A stretch of 64,000 nt of DNA, from positions 14,301,742-14,365,741 of the forward strand of contig NC_057718.1 of NCBI RefSeq assembly GCF_004010195.1. Direction: 5' to 3'. Positions 24,421 to 38,058 of the stretch are shown piece by piece. The notes beneath the pieces were generated by a model. That model had not been told where the DNA came from and ran no database searches. It worked only from the letters and a program-made list of their open reading frames with translations. The translations under genes were made by a program, and so were the position numbers. Origin of the DNA: Chiloscyllium plagiosum (taxonomy: Eukaryota). Every line of letters begins with the position of its first letter. Within the stretch, counting starts at the first letter, position 1.

Positions 24421-25110
24421 GTGGAGGAACAGAGGGATCTTGGGGTCTATGTACATAGATCTTTGAAGGTTGCCACTCAGGTGGATAGAGCTTGTAAGAA
24501 GGCCTATGGTGTATTATCGTTCATTAGCAGAGGGATTGAATTCAAGAGTCGTGAAGTGATGTTGCAGCTGTACAGGACTTTGGTTAGGCCACAGTTGGAG
24601 TACTGTGTGCAGTTCTGGTCGCCTCACTTTAGGAAAGATGTGGAAACTTTGGAGAGGGTGCAGAGGAGATTTACCAGGATGTTGCCTGGAATGGAGAGGA
24701 AGTCGTACGAGGATAGGTTGAGAGTTCTCGGCCTTTTCTCGTTGGAACGGCGAAGGATGAGGGGTGACTTGATAGAGGTTTATAAGATGATCAGAGGAAT
24801 AGATAGAGTAGACAGTCAGAAACTTTTTCCCCGGGTACAACAGAGTGTTACAAGGGGACATAAATTTAAGGTGAAGGGTGGAAGGTATAGGGGAGATGTC
24901 AGGGGTGGGTTCTTTACCCAGAGAGTGGTGGGGGCATGGAATGCGCTGCCCGTGGGAGTGGTAGAGTCGGAATCATTGGCGACCTTTAAGCGGCATTTGG
25001 ATAGGTACATGGATGGGTACTTAATCTAGGTTAGAAGTTCGGCACAACATCGCGGGCCGAAGGGCCTGTTCTGTGCTGTATTGTTCTATGTTCTATGTTC
25101 TATGTTCTAT
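24421..25110 (+). mobile_element. Young 5'-truncated HER1/CR1 LINE with uninterrupted 202-aa ORF2 C-terminus
   Basis: QRDLGV...LYRTLVRPQLEYCVQFWSP...RRMRGDLIEVYK...FFTQRVVGAWNALP; (ttctatg)n tail. Confidence 0.95.
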
Positions 25111-26535
25111 TCTCAAAGTGCAGCGAATCGATAGTGGATTTGCCTTTGCAAAGAGGGAAGTTGTGATGCAGAAAAGGTGTCTGCACTCACGGGAGAGGAG
25201 GTTACGGGATTAAAGAGTGGGGGTTTGTGTGAGAGAGGCAGTTTTGTGAGGGGTCGGGCAACAGTTGGAATTGTTTTAAGGTGCAAAGGGAGCAGTTAAT
25301 GGGTATGTGTAGCACCTCATTTGAGTACTATAGAGGGATTCAAACATCCAGCAGTGAAGAGAGGGGTGGAGTAAGATCACAGTATATAAATACTTTAATC
25401 AAAATGTATGCAGTAATCTTAAACTCACCGCGCTTTATAAACTTCTTTTCAAGAGCTTATTGGTTGATTCTAAGCATCACTCTCTATATTAATGAAATGA
25501 TGTTGCATTATATGTACATCCCTTTGTTCTTTCTCTATACATAAGAGCATAATGGGAGTGGGATAGGCCATTCAGCTTTTTCAACCCATTCTGACCTTCA
25601 ATTCGATCATGGCAAGCCACCTTCAGCAATATTTTCCCATATCCCTTGTTATTTTTTATTTCTAGAAACCTATCAATCTCAGGTTTGAACATGAATATAC
25701 GGCTGTAGTAGCTAATAAATCATTCTGTATCCAGTGACTCCAGTTATGGAGGAGTAATTAAAGGCAGGATCAGGCTGGTCTACAATAGACACGACAATCC
25801 ATCAGCCTGTTCATACCTAATGATGAGACTAGAAGGAACATCACAGTGCCAGGGAGGATTTCCTTAAAGCAGGGAAGAATATAGAGGACTTTATGACTGG
25901 AAACTATGCCCAGGATTCACAGTGTAGAAGTGGCTAGGCACTTTGTGAGATCTGTAACTGATCCCACAGTATTCAAGGGTAAACTTGCCTCTTTCTAAAC
26001 CAACGGTTAGCTACGCTCTCACCTCACCCTTGCAAGGATCAACCCAGGCACACAAAGGAAAGCACCCTTACACAGCGACTCTGACGCGAAAGGTGGTGGT
26101 CAGGCAGACGCAATTACCTCCCAGGCGTGAGTTTAATCAGGTGGAAGTAGTACTTTTTTTTTTGCTAATTCATTTGTGTCAAGCGACCTGATTGATAGCA
26201 TTTTAAGTTGGGCCATAGATCACAATAATCCTGCATGACTCCACATAACAGCAGCACTGCTTTCAGCACTACAGCTCAAACATTTCTTTCAAGCACAGTA
26301 CGTTGCAAATTTATCAGCAGTTTAAAGAAATTCTACAAAGTAAGTTCCAGAGATGAAATATTGAAAAGAAAAGTCTGAGAAGAGAAGAGGATAGGAACAG
26401 GAGGAGGCTACAAGAGGTTGTTCTACTGTTCAATGAGATTATGGCTGATACGTGATCCATCTTGATTTTATCCAACTTTGCTCCATGTCTCTTAACACCT
26501 TCCAATCGACACATCTATCAATCTGCCACACTCCT

Positions 26536-27410
26536 TATGCACACACTGCTGTATGGCCAAATTCCATACCAACTTCATTCACAGGTTTGCTGAAAGCACC
26601 ACTATTATAGGTTGGATCTTTAAACAATGATGAGATGGAGTACAGGAAGGAGATTGAGTGCTTAATGGCTTGGTTTAAAGACAACAATCTCTTCATCAAT
26701 GTCAGCATAGTGAAGGAGCTGGTCATTGACTTCAGGAAGCAGACTGGAGGGCACACCCCTGTCTCATCAATGGTGCTGTGGTAGAGATGTTCGAGACCGT
26801 CAAGTTCCTGGGAGTGATGATCACCAACATTTGGTCCAGGTCCACCCATGGTGAACGCTATGGTCAAGAAAGCACAACAATGTCTCTACTTCCACAGGAG
26901 GTGAAGGAAATTTGGCATGTCCACAATCACTCTTACCAATTTTCATAGATACACCATAGCAAACATTCTATCTGGATGCATCACAGCGTGGATGCATAAC
27001 TGCTCTTCCCAAGACCACAAGAAACTGCAGAGAGTCATGGACACAGCCCAGTCCATCACACAAACCAGCCTTCCATCCATTGACTCCATCTACATTTCCC
27101 ACTGCCTCGAGAAAGCAATCAATGTAATCAAAGACCCCTCCCAACCGAGTTGTACTCTCTTCCACCCTCTTCCATTGGGTAGAAGTTATAAAAGTTTGAA
27201 AACATGGGCAAACAGATTCAAGAACAGCTTTTTTTCCCCATTGCTATCACACCTTTGAATGGACTTCTTTAATGTTAATGTTGATCTCTCTTTGCAACTC
27301 CATGGCAGTTGTATCCTGCACTCTGTGTTATTTCCCTGATGCACTTGTATGGTATGATTTGCCAGTAAAGCACATAAAACAATATTTTTCACTGTATAGT
27401 AATAAATCAA
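26536..27410 (+). mobile_element. Rex1/Babar-type LINE 3' fragment
   Basis: Degraded frames give NNDE.EYRKEI..L..W.KDNNL.INV...KELVIDFRK, and ORF 26917..27258 has LTNFHR.TI.NILSGCITAW..NRFKNSFF. Confidence 0.8.
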
Positions 27411-27449
27411 GTTTTTAAAAGCCCACCTGTTTGAAATGGATAATTCATC

Positions 27450-27740
27450 TTGAGCTCTCTCACTCTTTTCTCCTTCCTGTCTTCTCTGTCCTTTCTCTTT
27501 TCATCTTCTCTCTTTTCTTCTTTTCTTTTTCCCTTATCTCTCCTTCCTCTCTCTTTTCTTCCTCCCCATCTCTTTTTTCTTTCCTGTTTCTTTTCCTTCC
27601 CTCCCCGCCTTTTCCTTACCCCTCCTTTTCCTTCCTCTCACTTTCTCCATCTCTTTTCCTTCCTCCCCCTTCTCTCTCTATATCTCTTTCTCTTTTCCTT
27701 ACACTACATCTTTCTTTTCCTTCCCTATGCCCCCTCCCCA
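27450..27740. repeat. Polypyrimidine (CT-rich) low-complexity tract; a similar tract lies at 38680-38875
   Basis: ~290 bp almost devoid of purines. Confidence 0.9.
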
Positions 27741-29094
27741 GACTGTACTGCCTGAGAGTGTTGGGGGAAGATTCAGTCAAAAGTTTCAAAAGAGAACTTC
27801 CTTTGAATAGAAAGTGGGTGTAGGGTTATGGAGGGAAGATGTCTGAGTGGTGCAAGTTGAGTTGCTTTTGCAGTGAGTGGACACAGATGGAACAGGACAA
27901 ATAGCAATCCCCTGTGTTGTAATCATTGTGATTCTATGATTTTTACAATTATTGGAAATCCAAAACCACTTTACAGTCAATGGAGTGCTTTTGGAATGTG
28001 TGAACTATCATAACACAAGCAGCAAGGCAGCTAATTCACACGCATGAGGCTAGATTCTCATGGAGTCAGGTTGACTCTGGAGACCTTTAAAAATGGCAGA
28101 TGGGCCCTGATTCCAGGATTTTTGACCCAACTCCCTTCTGGCAATTTCCACGTCTGGCTGGCTACATCCCTGCATTTTTTTTTAAACTTTTAAGGCATCT
28201 TTTCAAGGTTGGTTACCCAGTTTTGCCAGTTTGCAGCTCCTTGAAGGTAAATCACAACCTGGATCCTGGAATCTTTGAACAGGTACGTTTAAATGGTCTT
28301 ACCCCTGCCACCTCATAATCCCCATATCAGTTTGTCATACCCATGGCTCTTGCATGCTTCCCTATACCCTCCATAGCCACCCATTATGAGCTATGTATAG
28401 AACAAATGAGCTATACACTAGTGGCAAGACATTGAAATGCTATTCAAAAAACACCATTCCAAAATCTCCTTTTGCGTAAATCTTCTGCTCTTTCAAACTT
28501 GTGTAAGTGTGAATCTGACACGTCCATTCATGGTACTAGAAACAAAAGATCTACCAGATACCACACCTTTTGATCCATTCCAAATAATCATTCAGGCTTT
28601 GAAAAACCACATCAAGAGAGAATAAACTGTTCGAACCACCTAACTATTTCTAACAGTCAAAGCTAACACTCACCTTCAAGCCATGTAAACAGACCCTATT
28701 CCATTAGCGTCTTTTAACTCAATAAGGCCTTCATAATACAGGAACAAATATATGGCCATGTCTCTGTTGACACAGTTGCCAGATGGTGTCTTTATGAATG
28801 TTTGGGTTCCATAGCTCATTAATGAAATCAGGCAAGATGAAGCATGGAGGGGACATTGGGAAGTGTGTGGAATGATGAAGGGATGTAAGGGATGTGGTTT
28901 AGTGGGCACAACATTTGAGTGAAAATTGAATAGGGGTCCCAGAAGCCTTTGAACTGGCCCACCTTGGTCCGTGCACCTCCTTGGTCACCTCTGAACTGGA
29001 TCCAAACCTGACAGATCCTAACTCCATCCTGCCCCACCTCCCTGTAACAGCAGTGTAGTTGGGGGTTGGGCTGCGCACCTTTACAAACACAAAT

Positions 29095-30080
29095 TAAGAT
29101 GTAGGAATAGGCAGTTTGTTCTCTCTGGCCTTTTCAGCCATTTTTGTAACATCATGGCTGAATTGATTATGGCCCCATCTCCCCATGCTTACTGATCCCC
29201 TAAATATCCTGCCATTCCCAATGAATAAAGAATCTATCCAACTCCAATTTATAAATATTCAATGACCTGGTCTCCACAGCTCCCTCGGGGAAGAAAGTTC
29301 CTCAAACGAATGGCCCTCTCTGAGAAGAAGTGGTTCTCCTCCTATCAGTCATCAATGATAGGCCCCTTACGTTTATTCTGTGTCCTCTAGTTTTGGTTTC
29401 TCCCACAAGGGGAATCATCCTTTCACCGTCCACTGTGTCAAACCCCCTCAGCACCTCAATAAGATCACTTCTCATTCTGCTAAAGTCCAATAGATACAGG
29501 TCCAACCTGATCAGCCTTCATCCCTGGTATCAGTTGAGTGAAGTGTGTCTAATATCAATAATATCCCTTCTTAAATAAGAAAATTTAAAACTGTAATTCA
29601 GATATAGTCTTATTAATGTCTTCTATAGCCTTGGCAAAACTTCCTGCCTTTATGTTCCATTCTGCTTGTGGTACACGCCAGTGTTCCATTTGTCTCCTGA
29701 TTGTCTTCATACTAACATTTTGTGATTCCTGTGCCAAGACACCAGATCCCTCAGTATCTTGGACTCTATAATCTCTCTCCATTTAAACTATATGCTGCTT
29801 TCCATTCTTCCTGCAAAGTGAGCAGGTTAATTTTTCCCACATTATACTCGGTCTGCCATACTTTTGTTTACTCACTTCATCCCTTTTGCAGATTCGTCCC
29901 AGTTTACACTCCTAACTCTATGTCATAAGCAAAGATGACTGCCGAGCATCTATGCTGTATCTTCATCCACTTCATCAGTATAGATTGTGAGTAGTTGAGA
30001 CCCCAGCAGTGATATCTGTGGCACTTCACGTAGTTACGTCTCAGCAACCAGAAAATCACTCGTTTCAGGTTTACTTTCCT
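29095..30080 (-). mobile_element. Old CR1-type LINE fragment
   Basis: ORF 29302..29505: RMRSDLIEV..GETKTRGH. Confidence 0.75.
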
Positions 30081-30104
30081 GTTGGTTAATCTGATACCCG
30101 CTCT

Positions 30105-30400
30105 GTTGCTTTGATGAAAATGTGGTTCACAAGGTTCCCACAGGCATGATAATGAACAAATAATCTGTTTAGTAACATTGAAGGATAAATGTTGGCCAGG
30201 GCATGGGATGTCGGCTTTGCCCATGAAAAATATTTTGTCCATGTCTTGGTGGGTAGATGGGCATCTGGGGTTTAATGTTGCAGACAATAGTTGGCACTTC
30301 AGGTGGGGCATTTTATGTTTGAAAGTTTAGATCATTTTGTTTGTAATTCTGGAGTGGGATTTGTACCTCTAATGTTTTGACTGAAAGAGAACAGCATAAC
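30105..30400 (-). mobile_element. Ancient DeuSINE (SacSINE1-like) relic
   Basis: Reverse complement contains cctggccaacatttatccttcaatgttactaaacagattatttgttcattatcatgcctgtggga, which resembles the Deu domain as I recall it. Confidence 0.6.
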
Positions 30401-30699
30401 GTGCTGACTGATCGCTGAAGACAAATCTTCACCTTCTGTCTGAAAATAAATTGATGTACATTTCCACTGGCCATTGATGGGTTGAGCCAAGCAGATCAGG
30501 AAAGTCATCAGTTTATCACCTAATCTGTGCTGAATTTGAGTCTCTTGACAAGTAGCGGTAGATGTGTAAGGCGCAATTTTGATTAAAAGGATGTGAATGA
30601 ATTAAAAGTCCTGCCTATTATAAATGTATCCCAGCAAATTTGGCACCAAGAGCAGACAACCTGGGGTAGGTCATATTTCTGAGTAACTTTCAACATCTC

Positions 30700-30910
30700 C
30701 TCAGACAGTCTCTCTGGAGATCGATGATGATGAGCTTCTACAATGGAGCTCTTGGTTCTGAGGTAATTGTATAGTCCAACACTGGAACCCCCGCACACCT
30801 TGCCACAAATGGGGTGGGTGGTATTTGCCAAGGTTGCTGGGCGGGATACTTGAGTGAGGGTCTTCCATGCCCAGGTTATGGACAGCAGACACCAGTTGAG
30901 GATAAGCTGG
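30700..30910 (-). mobile_element. RTE-type LINE extreme 3' end
   Basis: HPICGKVCGGSSVGLYNYLRT: degenerate C-terminal zinc-finger-like motif followed by a tcatcatc tail. Confidence 0.6.
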
Positions 30911-33015
30911 CACATGGCATTGACAACATTGGCATTGAATAGTGAACCCAGTGTGTCAGTCAATATAGCAAAGGTGATCACTTGCACTTGAAACTGTACT
31001 TTTCCAATGGGTGAGAGGAAGTAAGGTAGGGGTTTGAGAGGGGCAAGCAATGTTATTAAGTTGTAATGAACTTAAAGGGTACACAGGCATTGAAGAGACA
31101 AACTAGGTACAGGCCAATTATTGTAAATTTAGGAGCAGTGGGCAGCATTTGGTCTCAAACTTTAGCTCTGACGTTGACAAAAATCTGACTCAAATTAATC
31201 CCATTCTCGCTATTGTATCATAACTATTGGACACACCATCATTATGTATGAATCAGTCCAGGCTAACAATGTGGGGAGATAGGTTCAAATTCCAGGATTT
31301 AAATCCAATTAAGAAAATCTGAACTTGAAAGATAGTTTCAGGAGTAGCAGCCATCAAACTATAATTGATATTTGTAAACACCCAATGGGTCCATAAGGAA
31401 GGAAATCTGCATTTTAACAAGTCTGACTTTTATGTGACAGCAATGTGACTGAGTTGCTCTCTGAAAGGGCCTGGCAAGCCACTCAATTCAAGGGCAACCG
31501 AGGCTGGCCATCTCCAATTCCAAAGAGTGAAAAGCAGTCCTTGCATCTGAGCATTGTGGCAGCACCACTAAAGGCTAGGGAAGGTCTTCCACCAATCTTA
31601 ACAAACCCCATCCTTCAGTGACATTGTCCAGCAGTTTATTAAAAAATAATTACCTGCGCTAGAAATTTGTATTTAAATGCTGCTCATTGGCACAGGGACA
31701 AAACAACCACCTCACTCCTCAACCAATCTATCAAGTACTATATGCACAAGGCAGGAATCTGCTTGTCTTTGACTTTCTAGATTCCAGCTGTTGGAAAGAA
31801 CAAGCCAGTCTGATTTAAAAGGCCCAGGGTTCTTATGGCATCACTGTATTTTAATGAAACTTGTCTGATCTTCACTCAGCCAGGTTTAGCAAGACCATCC
31901 GACCAATTGGAGAAAGAGGTGATTTCCTTCAGAGATCCGGCCATTTCAGTGTAACTGAGACCTTTTTAAATTACTTTTGTGAAAATATGGTAACCATTAA
32001 ACAGATGGAAGACTGCTTTTAAAAATAAGGACATTGAAGTCATCAGTCTTGGATGTTTTATAAAATGTGTCAGAAACATGTGGTGCAGCCCAGAGGGTGG
32101 ACTGTAGTGTGAGAGCCCAATATAAAATAGAATAGCTCTCTCTTATTCTGCTCATTTCCCCTTCTAAAACATAAAAAGACACGAGGGAATGCTTGTTAGC
32201 CCCCACTGAGGTGGGAACAAAAGCTGACAAGTGTAGAGTTCTTGCTGCTGGTCAGCATCATTCCACTCAGCTGGTGCCAGGGGAGGCACACACAGTTAGC
32301 AGGGCTATCTGCTCACTATTGATAGGTACTCTGTTAAGCCTCTCAATGTCCAGTTCCTTGAAGGGAACAGGAAGATCCCAGTGGCCACCAGGTCACTTCA
32401 GGTTGCCTGGACGTGGACAGTCACCAGGGAAGAAGACCTTAGACATAAAATTTGTAAGGGAAAGATTAAAAGGTCATCCAACTCATGTGAACGAATTGAA
32501 CACACATAAGATAGCTCTTAAATCTTGAATCAGTTAGAATGGAGATGTAGGTTTCAATTGATTAATATGCAAATCCCAGAATTTCTTTCAAGTCACTGCC
32601 CCAAGCTAACTTAAAGATGCTATTAGTATACGGGAGGTGACACTTGCTGTCAGACAGTGTAAGACACTGGTTAGTCCATAGTTGGAGCTTTCTGTACAGT
32701 CCTGCCACTACATTATAGGAAAGACATACTCACTTTGTAAGGAGGAAGTTTACACAAATGTTGGCACAGCTTGAAAATTGCGACTGTGAAAAAAGATTGG
32801 AATGGCAAGGGCTGTATTCGTCGAGCAGTGAGGGCTTGGCAGGGGGATCTGATTGGTTGTACATAGTTATAAGAGGGATGGAGAGAGAGAAACCTGACTC
32901 CTCCTAAAGGGGCCAGAAACTAGGGGGCACAGTTTTAAGGTAAGAAACAAGAGGTTTTAAAGGGGGCTTGTGGAATTTTGTTTTCACTCAGAGGATGAAA
33001 CTCTGAAACTCACTG

Positions 33016-33510
33016 AAAATGTGTTGCTGGAAAAGCGCAGCAGGTCAGGCAGCATCCCAAGGAGCAGGAGAATCGACGTTTTGGGCATGAGCCCTTCTTC
33101 AGGAATGAGGAGGGTGTGCCAAGCAGGCTAAGATAAAAGGTAGGGAGGAGAGACTTGGGGGAGGGGCGTTGGAAATGCGATAGGTGGAAGGAGGTTAAGG
33201 TGAGGGTGATAGGCCGGAGTGGGGGNNNNNNNNNNNNNNNNNNNNNNNNNNNNNNNNNNNNNNNNNNNNNNNNNNNNNNNNNNNNNNNNNNNNNNNNNNN
33301 NNNNNNNNNNNNNNNNNNNNNNNNNNNNNNNNNNNNNNNNNNNNNNNNNNNNNNNNNNNNNNNNNNNTCCCTTGGGGCCTTGGAGGGAAGTAAGGGGGGA
33401 GGTGTGGGCGCAGGTTTTGCACTTCTTGCGTTTGCAGGGGAAGGTGCCGGGAGTGGAGGTTGGGTTGGTGGGGGGTCTGGACCTGACGAGGGAGTCACGG
33501 AGGGAGTGGT
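33016..33510 (-). mobile_element. Penelope-like fragment ending in the family A unit, inserted in a + strand CR1 (~32645-33670)
   Basis: TSD CTCACTG (33009-33015 / 33511-33517). Coding part homologous to 42980-43125. Hammerhead motif near 33070-33105 carries GAAA>AAAA. Confidence 0.85.
33226..33367. other. Assembly gap (142 N)
   Basis: Run of n. Confidence 1.
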
Positions 33511-33787
33511 CTCACTGCTTGAAAGTGTGGTACAAGTGGGAGCCCTCCAGGCACTTAAGAAGTATCTAGATAAGCAGTTCAAACGTCATTGCATACAAAG
33601 CCACGGTCTTGTTTATTTAGTAAGTGATGGGCTGAATGGCCTCTTTCTGTACCATACCTTCTTTTGATTCAACTTTTCTCCACACAGCATGTCTCAGTCT
33701 GTAGTGCCGCTGTACTGTTGTGGTGTGACTGATATTTCTGACATATATCCCATGTCAGGCATTCAGTCTGAGGGTTCAACACCATTT

Positions 33788-34420
33788 CATAGAATCATGG
33801 AATCCCTACAGTATGGAAGCAGGTCATTCAGCCCATCAAGTCTACACTGACCGTCTGAAGAGCATCCCACCCAGACCCTCCCATGCCTGTAACCTTGCAT
33901 TTCCCATGGCCAATCCACTTAACCTACGCATCTTTGGACTGTGGAAGGGAACTGGAGCACCCAGAGCAAACCCACGCAGACACAGGGAGAATGTGCAAAC
34001 TCCATTGGGGTGGCACAGTGGCTCAGTGGTTAGCCCTGCTGCCTCACAGTGCCAGGGACTTGAGTTCAATTCCAGTCTTGGGCGACTGTCTGTGTGGAGT
34101 TTGCACATTCTTTCTGTGTTTCTGTGGGTTTCCTCTGGGTGCTCCAGTTTCCTCCCACAATCCAAAAGATGTGCAGGTCAGGGTGGATTGGCCACGCTAA
34201 ATTGCACAGGAATGTGTAAGTTAGGCTCATTAGTCAGGAGTAATAGGGTAGGGGAATGGGTTATTCTTTGGAGGGTCGGTGTGGACTTGTTGTCCCAAAT
34301 AGCCTGTTTCCACACTGTAGGGATTCTATAAGTCCACATAGACTGTCGCCCGAGGGTAGAATCGAACCCATGTCCCTGGTACTGTGAGACAGCAGTGCTA
34401 ACCACTGAGCCACCATACTG
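33788..34420. mobile_element. Plus-strand HE1 SINE (~34007-34328) nested in a minus-strand HE1 SINE
   Basis: The host SINE breaks at ...gtgcaaactcca and resumes at tccacatagactgtcgcc. Confidence 0.85.
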
Positions 34421-36174
34421 CTCAAGCTGGCTCCCTAGCAAGGTGCAGCAAAAAAACCTTTTGTTATCGAGTGGCAGATGTTGTCCTTTTCCCATTGACC
34501 CTCTACATTAGCTGCTCTGAGTACGAGACCATCCCTTGGCAGGGAGCCTCAAACTCGGGAACATGTGCATTTGCGATACTCTGATGCTGGTAACTCTTCC
34601 AGAAAACCGGCAGCTTTATGCAGACCAGAGGGTGCCTTTCACCGCGCTGACCATTCTCTAGTAACAGGTGGATCTTGTGAAGAGTGGCCTGAATCGTTAC
34701 GTGGTCTTGCAATAATTTGCTGTTTTAAAAGCCTCCTCGTAGAGGGACACAGGGGTGACAGAGAGCTGAGTGGATCCCCCATTCAGACCACTCACAAATG
34801 ACAAGCTAGACTAGGGAATGGCAATAGGATTGGGCTCCAGCGCTGTAAGAGCTGGCGTCTGGCTGAAGGATGGCAAACAGCCAACGCCATTTGCCAAGAA
34901 CCGTTCACGTTGATCAGAATTTGCCCTCCAGCTCACTGGAATATGCATTCAGCAGTTTTCTCTTAGTGAACGGGGAAAACAAAAGCATATTTGGCACAAA
35001 AGAGATTGGATTTTTGGCACATGCTGCTGAGTCCAACGAAATTGGGTGCCAAGTTGAAAATATTTGGCTTGAGCAGCACGAGAACCGAATAAGTGATGAC
35101 AATCATTTTTAAAAAAATTAATTCACTGGATCAGTGTTAATGGTGCATCCTAATTGTCCACAGGGTAGCTCAGAGTCAGCCACATTGCTGTGAGTCTGGA
35201 GTCACGTGTAGACCAGACCAGGTAGAAACAGCAATTACCCTCCCTGAAGAACATTAATCACCCGACAATTTGGTCATGGTCAACATTAGACCCTTAATTC
35301 CAGATATTTATTGACTTTAAATCCCACCATCTGCCATGGCAGGATTCAAACCCAGGTCCCCAGATCATGACCTGGATCTCTGGATTTAATAGTCTACAGG
35401 TAATATTGCTAGCAATCATCTCCCCCAAACTTGGATAATATTTACAGTAAGTCCAATGTAATAATGCCAGCAGAAAGATAATAAAATAACCCCTCTTCCA
35501 TGTCAGCAGCAAATGGGGATAGGGGAGAGCCTCCTCCTTCAGAGACACCTGGGCTTTTTTGTCTGTCCTAACAGTGGCAGCACAGGAATCTAAAACACCT
35601 GGGAAAACATACAAGCAGCCCCTTGAACCTGCTGCACACCGATGCTACATTCTTGCCATATCCCTCTAGCCCTTGCTGTTTTGTAGATTAACCAAGGAAG
35701 GAAGGAAGGGCTTCCATGTTTCACAACTAGTTCTCATTGGCTGGAGTTATGCAAAAGAAAGATGGTTGGAGTTGTCGCAGGTCAGCCATCTCAGCCCATG
35801 CCATTGCTGCAGGGACTCTCCCTGGACAAATTACCTTCAGTGTTTCCACTTTCACCACCTCCCCTTGACATTCAGTGCAAGGGCTAGTGGTTCAACTGAA
35901 GCAGAATGGCAATGGCAGTAGAGATATGGTAATACCACCTCCTGTAATGTTTATCTGGATCCAAGCTAGTCAGTGAGACAGGAAACTGAAAACCAGACAA
36001 CTTTCTCCTTGGATTGTTTATTGACATCTCAGTCTTACTCCCATCACTCCCAGCCAGTGTTGCAAGTTCTCCCTTGTGCTCAGACAATTAATAGCTACCA
36101 CCTGTTTCTTCTTAATTTGAATAAAGTCATTAACAAACTCAATAATGTGATGAACCGAACATAAATATGCAGGT

Positions 36175-36810
36175 TGTCACAAAGCTGCTCCTTTTTTTCC
36201 CTAAAAGTGGGTCCTTCTTCTCAAGGATACAGTGTCCTTGGTTTTTTTTTTCAGAGGGGTCATAAATCAGTCTGGGCTTCGAGTCGGCTGGGTTGGTACA
36301 GCGATGAAAAGGGTATTGGGAGGCCTTTTGGTTTATATGTAAACAGATGAGACTTTAGGCTATGTTTTAGAAGTAACCTGTATAATGAAAGGGGAGTGGT
36401 CAGTCCTAAAAGCTGAAGCCTTGTTTTAGTGAGTTCAGCAGTGGGCTGTGTGGAAACAGGCTGCTAGACTCCCTCTCCTTCTGCCCTTTGAACTTTGACC
36501 TGTAAGCCTTTGTTTCATTTTTTGCTCTGTGTTTAAGGGATTGTTTATTGGGATTGTTGTGTATTTTTGGAATAGCATAATTAAATCTTGCTTGGATAGT
36601 CTGAGCTCTGTAGGTATTGTTTATTCTGTTCTTTGTGCTTCATTCCATAATTTTGTGAATAAATCTTTGTCTGTTTTAAAACTGGGTAGTCAACCTTACT
36701 AACTTACTCTGGGGTAATTTTCACTGTACACATACCGAAACAAATAGTAAAGTTACAGTCTGGGCTGCCTGCTTAAGAATGTTTTGAGTGGTCTGGCCTA
36801 ACTCATAACA
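36175..36810 (+). mobile_element. Solo LTR related to 1119-1660
   Basis: TGTCAC...ATAACA termini; 3' end ttttgag.ggtctggcct..cataaca shared with the 1119 LTR; TSD not preserved. Confidence 0.7.
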
Positions 36811-36994
36811 AAATTATTCTCCAAAAATGACACCATCTTGACTTGGAACTATTTTGCCACTCCTTCACTGTGGTTAAGTCAAAATCCTGGAATTCCTTTC
36901 CTAACAGCACTATTCAGGTGTTCAAGGACAGCTAGGGTTGGGTGATATATTCAGTGATGCCCACCTTCCATGAATTAAGTTTTAAAAATCACTA

Positions 36995-37485
36995 TATCTC
37001 CACAATCAGTATCCCAGGCATTACCATTGATCAGTAACCGAACTGGACTAGCAATTTAAATACAGTGGCTACAAGAACAGGTCAGAGGCTAGGGGTACTG
37101 TAGCAAGTAACTCACCTCCTGACTCCCCAAAACCTGCCCACCATGTTCAAGGCACAGGTCAGGAGTGTGGTGAATGCTCCCCATGTACGTGGATGAGGGC
37201 AGCTCCAACAACACTCGAGAAACTCAACACCATCCAAGACAAAGCATCCTGCTTGACTGGCATCCACATCCACCACCTTCAACATTCACACCGTCCATCA
37301 CTGAGGCACAGTGGCAGCAGTGTGGACCATCTACAAGATGCACCACAGCACTCCACCAAGGTTTCTTTGTTGGCACTTTGTAAACAGGAAAGGTCTGCCA
37401 CCAAAAAGGGCAAGGGCAGCAGATGCATGAGATCATCATCAACCGCAAGTTCTCCTGACTTAGAAAGAAATCCTCATACCTTTAC
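36995..37485 (+). mobile_element. CR1/L2-group LINE 3' fragment (tail copies at ~47690-47885 +, 49285-49480 -, 36830-36990 +)
   Basis: Degraded ITIDQ..NWTS..NTVATR.GQRLG...KAQVRS...AAPTTLEKLNTIQDKA. Confidence 0.7.
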
Positions 37486-37519
37486 TGTGCTCAGCATCAA
37501 TGATATCCCTTTCCAGCTG

Positions 37520-38058
37520 TCAAAGAACAAAAGGACACAGTAACAGGGCCCTCCAAGCCTGCACTGACAGATTTTGCCCTTCCATGCTAAAACTATTCTC
37601 ACTTACAGGATCTCTATCCCTCTATTCCCTTCCTATTCGTGTGTTCATGCAGGTGCTTCTTGAATGCTGCTGTTGTGTCTGTTTCCGCCACCTCCTCTAG
37701 CAACATGTTCCAGGCAGTCACCACACTTTGAGTGAAAAACTTGCCTCGCACATCTCTTTTAAACTCCCCCCACCCCCACTCGCACCTTGAACCTGTGTCC
37801 CCTAGTAATTGACCCCTCCATCCTGGGGAAAATACTTCATGCTTTCCACTTTATCCATGCCATTCACAATCTTATAAACTTCTATTAGGTTGCCCCTCAA
37901 CCTCCTGCGTTCCAATGAAAACAAACCCAGTCTCTCCAACTTTTTCTTCATTGCTAAAATCCCCGGTACCAAGCAACATCCTGGTAAACCTTTTCTGTAC
38001 CCTCTCCAAAGCAGCCACATTGTTCTGGTAGTGTGGTAACTAGAACTGTACACAACAC
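37520..38058 (-). mobile_element. HER1/CR1 LINE 3' fragment
   Basis: ORF 37802..38053: LERLGLFSLERRRLRGNLIEVYKIV. Confidence 0.9.

Noticed and set aside
27431..27823. Hydrophobic F/L/S-rich ORFs; also C/V and H/T ORFs at ~7361-7621 and ~51931-52248
   Set aside because: Translations of low-complexity and microsatellite DNA.
28050..29045. Possible old DNA-transposon relic
   Set aside because: Looks repeat-derived, but I could not identify TIRs, a TSD or coding motifs.
33010..33667. ORFs spanning the N run
   Set aside because: Artefacts of the assembly gap inside a Penelope fragment.
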